In this document: positions 1 to 12,807 of the stretch, piece after piece
How the letters are laid out: each line of letters starts with the position of its first letter
How positions within the stretch are numbered: the first letter of the stretch is position 1
Source of the DNA: Octopus sinensis
Lineage: Eukaryota
Reading direction: 5' to 3'
NCBI RefSeq assembly: GCF_006345805.1
Contig: NC_043022.1
Span: forward strand, 6,758,001-6,822,000
Length of the DNA: 64,000 nt
Made by a program: the position numbers and the translations under genes
The notes under the pieces: generated by a model
Seen by the model: only the letters and a program-made list of their open reading frames with translations
The model's database searches: none
What the model was told of the DNA's origin: nothing

Positions 1-989
1 TATAATGTGTATGTGGGTGTGTATCCACCTTTTTTGCTTTTCTATCCTATTCTGTCTCATACTCACCTTGTACCTGGACCTTACATTTCTTTCTTTTAAG
101 CTTCAACAAGACACCTGTTCCTCTCCCTCTATCATAGCTTCTCACTCCTGCGGTCTGTACCCAGCTTGGTTGAGGGGGTTTCATCTTGCAGTTACTTGGT
201 GACCTCACCTGTGCTTGTGCCACATAAAAAGCACCCAATACACTCTGTAAAGTGATTGGTGTTAGGAAGGGCATCCAGCTGTAGAAACCATGGCAAAGCA
301 AACATAGAGCCTGGCGGAGCCCTCTGGCTTGTCTGTGTTTATCAAACCATCCGACCCATGCCGGCCAAGAAAAAAGGATGACAAATGATGATGTGTGTGT
401 CTTGATACTGCTTTGTCAGTGGCATTTAGGTGTCTCATGAACAAAATATCTTTTGAATAAACAGTTTTCCTTGAAAACCCAGGATTGGCATCAGGAAGTG
501 TGTCTAAGTCTAGAAGACTTCCCTAATAAGTCTTGTCTAATCCAAGGAGCGTAGTATGGAAAAAAATAAACCTAAAACTGATTACAACTTAATTCTCTAA
601 CGAGGGACAAGGAGCAGTGTTAGAAAGGCGGCGAGCTGGCAGAAACGTTAGCACACCGGGCGAAATGCTTAGTGGTATTTCGTCTGTCGCTACGTTCTGA
701 GTTCAAATTCCGCCAAGGTCGACTTTGCCTTTCATCCTTTCGTGCTCGATTAAATAAGTACCAGTTACGCACTGGGGTCGATATAATCGACTTAATCCGT
801 TTGTCTGTCCTTGTTTGTCCTCTCTGTGTGTAGCCCCTTGTGGGTAGTAAAGAAGTAGTTAGGTGGTCTGTTACTGAAAGTGTTAAATTATTAGTTTTAT
901 GTTTTACAAATATTAATGTTGAAATTTTCTTATTGTGTTTGATGGTTTTGTTTAAAATTGTATTTATTTTATTTTTTTTATTTTGTCAG

Positions 990-1084
990 AATGACGGCCC
1001 AAGCTGTCGAATTTTACCGTTCTTGTTGTAACCAAACAAATGCTGAAGACCTCATCAGTCACATCTTTCTTGGCTGCCAACAAA
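990..1084 (+). CDS. AHCTF1: ELYS/AHCTF1 coding exon A (first in window; gene continues upstream)
   Basis: ttttgtcag| acceptor and caaa|gtgagt donor. Encodes MTAQAVEFYRSCCNQTNAEDLISHIFLGCQQ, resembling recalled vertebrate ELYS [30 protein letters not shown]. Phase 2 to 1. Confidence 0.85.
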
Positions 1085-1176
1085 GTGAGTGCTTTCAGGA
1101 GCTTCTTTCTATTGATTTTTCCGCCTTTCTTTTTATTAAACACTATCTGCTAGAAATAGTAGCCAAATCTCCTTAA

Positions 1177-1484
1177 CCCCTTACCCGGCAGAAACGAATA
1201 TATGCGTTTTGACCGAAATCGTTTTTTTCTAAATCTGGCGAGTTAACTCGTCATAAGATAGACTCGCCAAAATCGACAGCAAACGAGTTCCTTCGTCTAA
1301 AAACGGGTTAACTCGTTTCTGCCCAAAGCGGTAATTTAAAATCAATATTATTGAATTAAAATTCATAATAAATAAGGTTTGAAATATACCTCGAAATCAC
1401 CATTCAAAACATAGTAAAATAAAACAATTAAAAAATATGTCTGAAAAAATACATTTATTTTCAAAATAATTGTTGGGTAAGGGG
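1177..1484. mobile_element. TTAA-flanked MITE (piggyBac-like), family 1
   Basis: TTAA|CCCCTTACCC...GGGTAAGGGG|TTAA: perfect 10-bp TIR and TTAA TSD. Confidence 0.8.
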
Positions 1485-2103
1485 TTAATATAATACCCTA
1501 CCACCTTAAAAACAGGAAGGGTACATTCATTAATCTTTTCTACTCTAGGCACAAGGCCCGAAATTTTATTGACCCTGAAAGGATGAAAGGCAAAGTCAAC
1601 CGTGGCAGAATTTGAACTCAGAATGTAAAGACAGACGAAATACCGCTAAGCATTTTGCCTGACATGCTAATGTTTCCGCCAGCTCGCTGCTTTAGGGTAC
1701 ATTCAATAATACAGTCTTGTCTACACTGCCTGATTATAAGATGGGAAGCTTCTATACTTAATTGTGTTTGTGATGGCATTCACCTGGGATGGATGGGACT
1801 GGCTCCCACCAATGAGTTCACCATGTCCCTCGTGAATGGACATTTGACCCCGTCATTCCAGCGGTCAAAGTCGTGCTTCTGCCTCTGGCTCAGAATTCCA
1901 GCTTACAAATTTGACAAATGCCTCGCTGGAAGAGCAAGCATGTCAGATCATGTGGATGCTATTTGCCTTAGTTGTCATTCACAGTTGAGGGGTAGAATTC
2001 ATGAAATCAAGCATTTGATATCACTATTTAATTTCTTATCCAGTAAGGATTGCTTGTTTCATAAAGGGATGCAAATGGGTTGGGAGCTGTGAAGCAAGTT
2101 TAA

Positions 2104-2307
2104 TCCTTCAGCATTTATGCTAGCTGTGTCTGGCCCAAATATTCTTCCTGTTTTATGTTCAAACTGCCCAGATCTGGCCTACAATGTCATTCTAAAGATA
2201 AACAATCACCATTGAAATCTCAAAGCTGTGAGATAATCCATGGTTAATTAAAAACAATGTGAGTAAATAGGGATTACATTTGACTGAGTAGTCTGAATGC
2301 TAAAGGG
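2104..2307. mobile_element. Decayed TTAA-type MITE, family 3 (fragments also about 32280-33760 and 52860-53110)
   Basis: ttaa|tccttcagcatt...aatgctaaaggg|ttga; the interior recurs in the listed fragments. Confidence 0.55.
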
Positions 2308-2559
2308 TTGAATTACTTCGATTCCTGGCAAATGAGGTTGGGGTAGGGCTTGGTGAGGTGTTGCAATGATGATGAGAATTAAATGACCTGATATCATCTG
2401 AGCGATGTTGATCAGGAGATGATCGCTTTAATCTTCTCTCTGAGCAGTTAACAACAGGTTTTGTTGATTGATTGGAACCCTGTTCTGGTTAAAGACTGAC
2501 ACTTCTTGTGGGGGTGGGATTGACTGAGTTGATACTAGTTTATTATTCTTTATTCTCAG

Positions 2560-2741
2560 GGAAAATCTTGGGTCAACTAATGAAGCTGCCACTGACCGAG
2601 GCTGAAGAGAAGTGGTTGGAGAACTACCTAATGGCTAGCCCAGAGTTAAATTCCAAAGAGGCATTAGTTGTGTATTATCTGCAACGGGCCCGCTATGTTG
2701 ATGCTATAAGACTCAATGAGAAATTGAAATCCAAAGACATG
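2560..2741 (+). CDS. AHCTF1: ELYS exon B
   Basis: ttctcag| ... atg|gtatgt. Encodes RKILGQLMKLPLTEAEEKWLENYLMASPELNSKEALVVYYLQRARYVDAIRLNEKLK, matching recalled ELYS LLKLPFTDTEQECLVKFL...LLVHHLQRANYVPALKLN. Phase 1 to 0. Confidence 0.9.
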
Positions 2742-3353
2742 GTATGTATATTTGTTTGTTTGTGTGTCTGTCCCTTCTTGTCCTGTTCCATATCTGTGAG
2801 ACATGGACCCTCTGGGGCCTTTAGGAACCACCTGAACAAGTTTTGTTACTAGGACACTTTACAAGATTATGGATTATCATTGACTGGATTACATATCCAA
2901 CCAACAACTCAGCTCACAAACTGGGCTGTGTCCTATTACTTGTCTGATTTGGGAGCCCCAGCTCAGACAGTTTGGCCATGGTCAATTTTCCAAGTCAGAC
3001 TCTATTTACTGTGTCCTCTTCACTGAGGATTCGACAGGGTCGATGGCCTGTGTTGGTTGACCACATGGCTCATGGTCACTGCAGATGAGGAAGTATCTCA
3101 TAGAGACGGGGACTGAGTTGAACTTTGCTGGACAGGTCACCTAAGAGGACCCAGGAATATACTGATAAATGGTAAATGCAGAAACACGCTGCAACGATGC
3201 GTGCACCTGACCTGATCTGCATGTGTGTGTGTGTATATTATATATTAAATTCGATTAGAGATTGTGTTAACTTCATGAAGAGATGATTCCATCCAAAGAA
3301 ATACTGGTTCAATACCTAGTACTTTTGTGGGGAAATAATTTCCTTAAAATAAT

Positions 3354-3389
<36 letters not shown>

Positions 3390-4148
3390 ATATAGTTTAT
3401 ATTCATATAAAAGAAGTAAAAGGAAATGGAGATTGGAAAGTTAATAAATAATAATAAAATAATCATCGTTTAACGTCCGTTCTCCATGCTAGCATGGGTT
3501 GGGCGGTTCGACCGGGTATCTGGGAAGCCAGAAGGCTGCACCAGGCTCCGGTCTTATCTGGCAATGTTTCTACAACTGGATGCCCTTCCTAACGCCAACC
3601 ACTCCGTGAGTGTAGTGGGTGCTTTTTACGTGCCACCTGCACTGGTGCCAGGCGAGGCTGGCATCGGCCACAGTCGGATTGGTGTATTTTACGTGCCACC
3701 GGCACGGGGGCCAGTCGAGGCGGCACTGGCATCGTTTATTATTAACTTCCCAATCTCGATTTACTTTTTCTTCTTACACACACACACACACATAAGACAA
3801 AGTAAAAAATACTGGCTGAAACTTTGAAGTCCCTGTCAATTTCTTGTAAAAGCATGGCGGGATCCTTTAGATTAATGTAAAATTGCTTTTACTGGAGCTG
3901 AAGATCAAAAAAACAAAAAAAAAAAAAGGGTCCCTGGATGTGATTTTATTGTTTTCATCCTTTCTAAAACTTCCCCAGTTTTTCTGTTGGTTTTTGAAAG
4001 TTCATTTTATTTTATATTTTTATTTGATTAAATCTGAAGTCGCTTCTATGCCCCAATCTTGATAAATATTTACTTTGATTTGAAACTCGGTTGAGCATTT
4101 TCCCGTCCTCTGATATTTCATGCACATCTCTCGTCTCTCTTTGTGCAG

Positions 4149-4287
4149 TCATCATTGTCAGAAAGGGAGAAAAATATGACATCAACTCGTAACATTATTG
4201 TTAGAAATTGCCTGAAGCTGCTGCCAGAGATCCAGCGCCAGTATCTTCATGAATCGAACTTAATACCAAAGAAGAGAATCAATCGTG
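4149..4287 (+). CDS. AHCTF1: ELYS exon C
   Basis: tgtgcag| ... cgtg|gtgagg. Encodes SSLSEREKNMTSTRNIIVRNCLKLLPEIQRQ, cf. recalled ELYS RNSILDQYGKILPRVHRK. Phase 0 to 1. Confidence 0.85.
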
Positions 4288-5802
4288 GTGAGGAGACTTT
4301 AGTTTTCAATCTCTATCTTGTCATATTTCCTCATTGATGTTGTGAGTTGCTTTCACTCTCTTTACCCCTCTCTCTCTCTCCTCTCTCTCTCTCTTCTCTC
4401 ACCCTGTGTGTGTGTGTGTCTCACTCTCTCCCTCCACACATTAATATGAAGGGGTGTTGGGTTCAGCTTTGTTATGGCTCAATCATTGACACCCATGAGG
4501 CACCATAGTTAAAAATGTGTTACTTCAGACTTCAATAAAATCTCCATTTAAATTGACTAAAGCAACCCTAGTTGACTTGTTTTTTGGTGATGGTCATGAA
4601 AGGAGTTACCTTCTGTCAAGGAAATTAGGTTTTAATTAAAGAATTCAATCAATGAATTTTTAAAATTTAAACAATTTTTAGTAAAACTGATGCTACATAA
4701 AAAGGTAGCCAGTGGAGCACTTTGTAAAGTGGTTGGTGTTAGGAAGGGCATCCAGCCTTAGAAACCGAGAAACCAAACAGACAAGGGCCTGGTGTGACCT
4801 CTGGCCTTACCAGCTCCTGTCAAAAGCCATTCAATCCATGCCAGTTGGAAAATGGATGTTAAATGTTGATGATGACATTCTGCCGGAACCCACTCTGCTG
4901 TGGTCTGTGGGTTACATTTTGTAGTGTTTGTAAGGGTGGATGAGCGGGGCAGTTGTTGAGCCAAAGTTGCAAGTTGTGACCTTATCATCATCATCATCAT
5001 TGATTTATGCAAATGAGTTAAAGATGACACAAAGAAAAAAATCCTGTGAAACTAATCCTCATAGAAAATACTTCTTGTCCAAACCCTGTTGCTGTGTGTG
5101 AATAGTAACCACACCCTGTTTTGATGTGATGTAAACAGTGGTGGTGTGGAGGCACGTGGTTTAGTGGTTTGGGCTCATTGTAAGAGAGTGGTTTCAATTC
5201 CTGGAGTGGTTGCCGTGTTGTCTCCTTGAACAAAACACTTCATTTCACGTCGCTCCAATCCACTCTGCTGGCAAAAATGAGTAACCTTGTGAGGGACTTG
5301 TGTCCCATCCAAGTGCAGAATTTATACACCATGAACCGAGAAATTGGCCCTTATGAGTTGGAATGCCTCAAAACAGTGGTGGTGGTGGTCATGGGGAGAT
5401 TTGATTTATGTCGAGCAGTTTCGATGGGTATCAGGTGTTTCTTGTAATGTATGGTTTTTGCTGGTGAACTTTTAAACTGTGTGGATGGGCGAATGAAATT
5501 TAATAACCAGGAACAGGTTTAACCCTCTCAAAGCTGGGCCCCTCTGTCTAACTTTACTCTCCACTAGGGCTCCTGACCACAAAATCAGTTTCATATACAG
5601 CTCAATAGTTACGGTTTCAGGCAAACTAATGAACAGTCACAAAAATTCAGGAGAATAACAACAACAATTCACCTTTCTTTCAACTTACCATGTTTGTTCA
5701 CCTGAATTGTGAACAAATATGGTTGACTTTCACCAGTTTGACTCTTCAAGTCACTCTCATTGTGTGTGTGTAAGGGTAAACTCTTTGTGCAAGGTATAAA
5801 TA

Positions 5803-6190
5803 TCTCTTCTCTCTATATATAAACGGCAGTTTGTCTGTGTGCGTGTCTGTGTGTCTGTTAGGTTGTACCCTCACCCTGACCACGGCTTTCAACCGATTCT
5901 GATGAAACTTGACACACACATAGCCCAATGTCATAATTCAAAACTAACGCAGCGAAAATTTTGAAAAGTTCCCCCAGTTCTGAAAAAAATCGATAAATTC
6001 GACATGGGGTCGAGAATCAGAAACACAAACCACAGACTGTCTAGGGGACGCAACTCGACCTTTTTAACCCCCCAAAAATTTACCATCATTTTTTTCCCCA
6101 TTTTTTTGCTATTTTTTGGCTATAACTCTCTAAAAATGCTTTATAGTTATTTCCCTTACAAACCCGAGCAACGCCGGGCGATACTGCTAG
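5803..6190 (+). mobile_element. Non-autonomous Helitron, variant A-X
   Basis: A|TC...CTAG|T termini, subterminal GC hairpin cccgagcaacgccggg, no TSD. An empty paralogous site is at about 11851-11870. Confidence 0.85.
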
Positions 6191-6498
6191 TCATCAATAA
6201 TTTCCTCAACTGTAAAGAGTCTAGGCCTTTCTCGTTTACCACATGAAGTGCTGGGTTCGTTTCATCACAAAATCATTTTGTTTTTTCTTACAATTAAAAA
6301 CATAAGTAAGTAACAGCAACAACCATGGCAGACTTCCACTCTTCACTACAAAGCTGAAATTTGGCTCAGTTGTCCATTTTTAATATCGGATCTTCTTTTT
6401 TTCGATGCATGTTATTCAGTTCTGCTTTAACAGGAATCCGGTTGAGATTATGTTTAGGCTGTTCCTGCTCTGCCAGCAACACAGCACAATGGAGTTAA

Positions 6499-6718
6499 CC
6501 CTTTTGATACTAACCCGGCTGAAACCGGCTCTGGCTCTCTGGTAAAATGTCTTGTTTTCATAAGTTTTGAATTAGAATCTTCCACGAAACCTTAGTCACA
6601 ATTTATGCTCCTAACACTAGCTCAATGATAACAAAGTTATTTTACTAAATTCTTTGTTATATTTAAAATAATTGAAAGAAACACAGAGCATCTCAAAATA
6701 AATACAGTAATGAAAGGG
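6499..6718. mobile_element. TTAA-flanked MITE, family 2 (other copies 12015-12235, 37239-37448)
   Basis: TTAA|CCCTTT...AAAGGG|TTAA in all three homologous copies. Confidence 0.8.
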
Positions 6719-6815
6719 TTAATGTGTGTCTGCTGTTTCTTCTCGTATTTATAATGTATGAAGATGCGTCTAATGGTAGACTTTTGATGTTGTTTTATTT
6801 GCTTGTTTTACTCAG

Positions 6816-6951
6816 TGACGCGTCCGAAACCTCTGTCCACAGTAGTGACCAAGTCCACTGGTCCTAGGGTAATGTCGCAGTCAACCCTGATCTTGGCAAT
6901 AATGGAGAAGATGGATGAAGTTGAGCGATTAAACAACTCTGCTAATGACAG
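6816..6951 (+). CDS. AHCTF1: ELYS exon D
   Basis: ttactcag| ... gacag|gtgatt. Encodes VTRPKPLSTVVTKSTGPRVMSQSTLILAIMEKMDE, cf. recalled ELYS VSRPKPLSAV...VLSKIGE. Phase 1 to 2. Not in the supplied ORF track. Confidence 0.85.
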
Positions 6952-8225
6952 GTGATTGTTCCCTCTTCACACCTTTTTGTTTTTTACATCTCTATCCACA
7001 CAACATGGCTCAACTCCTTTGTTTCTCTCTCTGAACACTTTCACAGTTTAACAAGAGTTTGTGTGTGTGTGTGTGTGCATTGTAAACTGACTTGTTTATG
7101 CTTTTGTTCTGATAGATATATACCTATATGCATTTGTATGTATGTGTGTGGCTGTATGAGTTCTTTTCAACTTAGCACTGATGCTAATAGGATCCAATGC
7201 ACCACCAGGATTTGAATGTGCAATTGTATAAGATGTTAATAAAATGATTGTTTTCTGGGTTATGGCTGTGGTTAGGCTGTCTGCTCTGCCATTGAGATTC
7301 TTTCCAGTGAAGGCACGTGGCTTAGTGGTTAGAGCATTCAGCTCGTGATTGTAAGGTTGCAAGTTCAATTCCCAGCAGCGCATTGTCCTCTTGAGCAAGG
7401 CACTTTATTTTACATTGCTCCACTCCACTCAGCTAGCAAAAATGAGTAGTACCAGTAATTCAAAAGGGGCCGGCCATGTCACATTCTGTGTCATGCTGAA
7501 TCTCTCTGAGGACTACTGGGTGTATGCATGTCTGTGGAGTACTCAGCCACTTGCACGTTAATATCATAAGCAGGCTTTTCTACTGATTGAATCAACTGGA
7601 ACATTTGTTGTGTAAAATTCTTCACATCTCACTGTTCCAGCACCACCCAGCTTTGGTGTCTTAAGACAGTTTTTGGTCACCAGCTCTATACTCTTTTCGT
7701 ACTCCCAATTCCTTATTCCTTTTGCTTCAAAAATTCTACAGAAGTCAAAACTTTAAGTTTTGACTTTGTATATTTTGAAATTTTCCCATTTTTCTCTTAC
7801 TCTTTTACTTGTTTCAGTCATTTGACTGCGGCCATGCTGGAGCACCGCCTTTAGTCGAGCAAATCGACCCCGGGACTTATTCTTTGTAAGCCCAGTACTT
7901 ATTCTATTGGTCTCTTTTTGCCGAACCGCTAAGTGACGGGGACGTTAACACACCAGCATCGGTTGTCAAGCAATGCTAGGGGGGACAAACACAGATACAC
8001 ACACACACTTATATATTTATATACATATATACGACAGGCTTCTTTCAGTTTCCGTCTACCAAATCCACTCACAAGGCATTGGTCGGCCCGGGGCTATAGC
8101 AGAAGACACTTACCCAAGATGCCACGCAGTGGGACTGAACCCGGAACCATGTGGTTGGTTAGCAAGCTACTTACCACACAGCTACTCCTGCGCCTATATC
8201 TTTTTTTTTTCCTTTTTTCCAGCAG

Positions 8226-8306
8226 GTCTTTTGGTGAAGAATCATTCCAGGACATTGCTGTACCTTTTATTTCAGCACCATTCACACCTCAAAAGACTGC
8301 ATTACC
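8226..8306 (+). CDS. AHCTF1: ELYS exon E (alternative NAGNAG start 8223)
   Basis: Long poly-T tract, then ccagcag|; donor cc|gtatgt. Encodes RSFGEESFQDIAVPFISAPFTPQKTALP. Phase 2 to 2 fits both neighbours. Confidence 0.7.
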
Positions 8307-9238
8307 GTATGTATTCCTAATTTCTATAATTCAGTTTATTTTTCATGATTTATTTTGTTTACATCTCTTCTATGGGTTTTCCCTCCCCACAGTATTTATT
8401 ATATTGTCCATTTGTTGTTGTTGTTTCTCGGTTGACCCGGGATCAATCTTGGTCAGACAGTCATGTGATTATAGGGGTTTTTTTTCCCCTTGTGATCACT
8501 CTGCCTTCTTTGTGGGCTGGCAGAATCGTTAGCATGCTGGACGAAATGCCTAGCGGTATTTCGTCTGCCGTTACGTTCTGAGTTCAAATTCCGCCGAGGT
8601 CGACTTTGCCTTTCATCCTTTCGGGTTTGATAAATTAAGTACCAGTTACGCACTGGGTTCGATGTAATCGACTTAATACCTATGTCTGTCCTTGTTTGTC
8701 CCCTCTATGTTTAGCCCCTTGTGGTTAATAAAGAAATAGGTATATCTAAAGCTACATTATTCAATGTGTCATTACTTTGTTATAAACCCTTGCTACTATT
8801 TCTAGTAGAGGGTAGGGGCTGTCTAAAACATCTTACAGTATGATGGAGGAGTTTGTAATTAAAGCCATAACCGATTAGCGTTTTCATGAATCACACGTAA
8901 ATATGAGGAGAATGGTTGCAATAACCATGGTGATTGTGATGATAACATTTGTGTTGATAGGATAATAGTTGGTGCCATGTAAAAGGCACTGGAGATGCTA
9001 CCACTTAAAATGCACCCAGTGCGCTCTGTAGAGTGGTTGGTGTTAGGAAGGGCATCCAGCTGTAGAAACCAAACCAAAGCAATTGGAGCCTGGTGTCGGT
9101 CTTGGGCTTGCCACCTCCCTATCAAACTGTCTAACCCATGCCAGCATGGAAAACAATCGTTAAATGATGATGGTAGTATTAATAGTAGTAATAACATTAT
9201 AACAATGATGATGATGATGTTGATGAATTCTTTTTCAG

Positions 9239-9388
9239 AAATTTTTCCCGATTCGCTTCAGAGAAAAGCCTGATGAAGGACACCACTTCCTCACAGTCTG
9301 CGTCCAAACATAAAAGTATTCTGTTGTCTCAGAAATATACTTCGGCTCGAGATGAACATTTTGGTTACTTGGAACAACCTGCAAGACG
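9239..9388 (+). CDS. AHCTF1: ELYS exon F
   Basis: tctttttcag| ... cg|gtaggt. Open frame NFSRFASEKSLMKDTTSSQSASKHKSILLSQKYTSARDEHFGYLEQPAR. Phase 2 to 2. Confidence 0.7.
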
Positions 9389-10094
9389 GTAGGTCTGAGG
9401 CCCCATGGGGTCACTTTCCATTTTTGTTGTTCAACCCCTGGTCAATAATGCTCCTCTAGACTTAGCTATGATCAAACATGTTCCAGCTGTGACACAGTCT
9501 ATCTAGGACTGTATTATCGAATGTATATCTTTTGTCTTTTACTTGTTTCAGTCATCAGACTGTGGCCATGCTGGGGCACCACCATGAAGAATTTTAGGGA
9601 AACAAATCAACCCCAGGAATTTTTTCTTTTTTTGAAGTTTGGTATTTATTCTATAAGTTTCTTTTGCCAAACCACTAAGCTACAAGGATGTAAACAAACC
9701 AACACACACATACATACAATGGACCTTTTTTCAGTTCCCATCAACCAAATTCATTCACCTGGCTTTGGTCAACTCAGGACTATAGTAGAAGACACTCTAG
9801 ATGCCATTCAGTGGGACTGAACCCAGAATCACATGGCTTGGAAGGAAACTGCTAACCACTCACCACCTCTTTTTTAAAATCTTGTTTTAGCTATTTTTTA
9901 CTCGGGAGATTTGGCTACTATTTCTAGCAAGTCACTGGCTGAAATGTATTAATGTTTCTTAAGGTGACTCAGTTTATGGAAATGTCCGCTATTGAAATGT
10001 CAAAGTGACAACACGTGTTTGTGTGTGCGAAGCAGGCTGTAGATAAGCACCATTGTTGCCATTGATCACACTTTTTGCAGTGTGTTGTTGAGGC

Positions 10095-10343
10095 AAGCTC
10101 TACCTGCGACGATTTCATCTCAATCGAAGGAGAGGAGCTTTCTCCGTCCGGGTTGCGGATCTGTGGAACAAGCTGCCAGACGAGATGGTGAAGATGCCGA
10201 CAACCGCTTTGTTCAAAGCCTCCCTTGACCTCAAGTGGCCTGAACTCTTTACATGAACACCACCCTGTACTTAACTCCATGTCCCATTACATGGCCTTGC
10301 TATTTGCTTTTGAGCCAAATTAACTAACTAACTAACTAACTAA
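10095..10343 (+). mobile_element. 5'-truncated copy of the same CR1 family, in an ELYS intron
   Basis: Closely matches the reverse complement of about 41923-42165; ends in (TAAC)n. Confidence 0.9.
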
Positions 10344-11008
10344 AGCAAAACTCAATAACGTGTCAGTCCTCCCACCAGACGAAGCCATAGCTTTACTTCA
10401 TTCTCACTTCATCATAGCATTTTCTTGGCAGAGATTTTGGGCTGGTTTGCCATTGCCCTCCCTAACCCGATGGCTGAGATCATCCGGGTGGCTGAATGTT
10501 TAAGCTCACCTCAGAACTACACTGTGTGTGTGTGTGTAGGGGGGGCTATGAGATACACAGCCCCTCGTATTGTAATCCAATGAAGAGGTAGTTTCATTGA
10601 TTGAATAATTGTGCATTCGTTAAGCCTGATGGTTTAACAATTATACACCAGTGTATGGATAACGGCAATTCTACTTGGCTTGATGCATCACCTCAAGTAC
10701 AGCAAATCACCACATATATACATATATGTATCATCACTTTCGTTTAGCGTCCGCTTTCCATGCTGGCATGGGTTGGACGATTTGACTGAGGTCTGGCGAA
10801 CCAGGTGGCTGCACCAGACTCCAATCTTATCTGGCAGAGTTTCGACAGCTGGATGCCCTTCCTAACGCCAACCACTCGGGGGCCAGTCAGGCAGTACTGG
10901 CAACGGCCACGCTCAAATGGTGCTTTTTATTGTGCCATGTAATGTGTATGTATTTATTTATATGTGTGTATGTATATGTATGTTATGTTCCTGTATCATT
11001 TATTGTAG

Positions 11009-11187
11009 AAAACCGAAATACGTGAGTGCTGAAGCCCTGTCTGTCCTTCAGACCCCTGTCATCCAGAGGAAGAGTACACTGCAGTCCAAAATGACCAGTC
11101 CTCGCCCGACCCCACAGTCCATATTGAAAGTGCGACAAATGTCTGCAAGGTCACCCAGCTTCAATATGTCGAGGTCGATGGACAAAG
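11009..11187 (+). CDS. AHCTF1: ELYS exon G (contains SILK motif)
   Basis: tattgtag| ... aaag|gtaagt. Encodes KPKYVSAEALSVLQTPVIQRK...RPTPQSILKVRQ, cf. recalled ELYS TPQSILRS. Phase 2 to 1. Confidence 0.85.
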
Positions 11188-12014
11188 GTAAGTTTCTTCT
11201 TTTTTGTTCCACCTCACATTTCTGTTATGTCTTCAATCCTTGAAACTCTAATGTGGTCTTGTGACATGCTAGAAATAGCAACTAGGTCCTCCTTTAACTA
11301 CTCTTTTTTGACTTAAGAGAAAAGAAAGTACACGTTGATTAATGTACTCCTAGATATACTGTACTTGAAGAAAGAGGCAGGATGGTCCAGAACACCTTTA
11401 ATTTTGGATTACCAGGTTACTTGATATCATCATCATTTTACTTCTTTCACCCTCTCCCCTTATTGTGGCCCTTTTGATGTCTTCCTTTCTTTTTCTATCT
11501 CCTACCCCACTTCCTCTTAGATTATCTGAACAAATGTACGCAAACCTTAGGGTGTTGTGTACTCCCTTCACTTACACCCACTCCCATCTCTATCCGTTTC
11601 TGATCTCATTACCTCCCCTCTCGGTCTACCCACTTAGGGTGCTCAGAACGTGAGTGATGGTACCATGAGATGAGGTACCCAAACTCAAGAGTTACAGTTT
11701 CAGGCAAACTAATGGACAGAATCACAAAACACATTTCGGAGGAATAACAAGAACAGGCTTGTCTCTGCTCATCGAAATTGCTATTTTCTTCCTCATGTTT
11801 GGTTGTCTGAATCACTCATTGTTTGCGTATGGGTAAACTCTTTGTGCAAAGTATAAATATGATCAGTAATTTCCTCAATTGTGAAGAGTGTAGGCCTTGC
11901 TTATTGACCAAAGTGCTGGATTCATTACGCTTGCTTCATTGCAAAATCGTTTTTGCTTTTTCTTTTTTTCAATTAAAGACATGAGTGAGCTACAACTATG
12001 GGGTTCACCATTAA

Positions 12015-12235
12015 CCCTTTCGTTACTGTATTTAGTTTGAGATGTTCTGTGTTTCTTTCAATTACTTTAAATATAACAAAGAATTTAGTAAAATAACTTA
12101 GTTATCATTCAGCTTGTATTAGGAACATAAATTGTGACTAAGGTTTGGTGGAAGATTTTAATTGAAATCTTAAGAAAACAAGACATTTGTACAACAGAGC
12201 CAGAGCCGGTTTCAGCCAGGTTGGTAACAAAAGGG
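12015..12235. mobile_element. TTAA-flanked MITE, family 2
   Basis: TTAA TSD, CCCTTT TIR, homologous to 6499-6718 in opposite orientation. Confidence 0.8.
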
Positions 12236-12295
12236 TTAACAAGTCATAAACAGACTTGACTACAAAACTGTCTATCTATAGTATTTTATCTTCTA

Positions 12296-12807
12296 CTAGA
12301 AGTATCGCCCGGCGTTGCTCGGGTTTGTAAGGGAAATAACTATATAAGCATTTTTAGTGAGTTATAGCAAAAAAATGCATTAAAAATGGAATAAAAAATG
12401 ATGGTAATTTTGGCGACTTCAAGCCATGAAGTCGTTGTTCTAAAAGAACGCTGGTCTCCTTGCCAATGCTTTACGACGTTGATTTCCTTACACTCCCTTC
12501 CCCACAGCTTCACGAGGGAGGGAAGAAGGGGGAGAAGCAACACAGGTGCAGGTGTGACCATGGACGCCAACTCCGCCGCCATCGACACATGAAAAAATAT
12601 ACGTTAAAATGGAAAAAAATGATGTTAAATTATTTTTAAAATCGTAGACTCATCGTAGATGCGCACTAATACCCAGACGGGCTCGATATGAATCACGACC
12701 ATAAGATACCCGAATTTGGTTAAACTGCACCGCAAAATGTGGGAGTAGTTAGGAATCTAGATCGTAGGAGACAGACACTCACACAACTACAGTTTTATAT
12801 ATATAGA
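12296..12807 (-). mobile_element. Non-autonomous Helitron, variant B-X
   Basis: Same 3' end as 5803-6190 but a different 5' half; A|TC...CTAG|T on the minus strand. Confidence 0.8.

Noticed and set aside
1655-2092. 145-aa ORF in the first intron
   Set aside because: No splice-phase fit to ELYS and no recognisable domain; it starts inside a SINE.
3023-3110. CTGAGGA followed by a TCGAC/GTCGA hairpin
   Set aside because: No GAAA or cleavage-site half follows; may be a decayed relic but is unsupported.
9270-9309. CTGATGA-AGGAC...GTCC-AAAC hammerhead look-alike
   Set aside because: Lacks the G of GAAA, has no stem III or I, and lies within ELYS coding exon F; likely chance.
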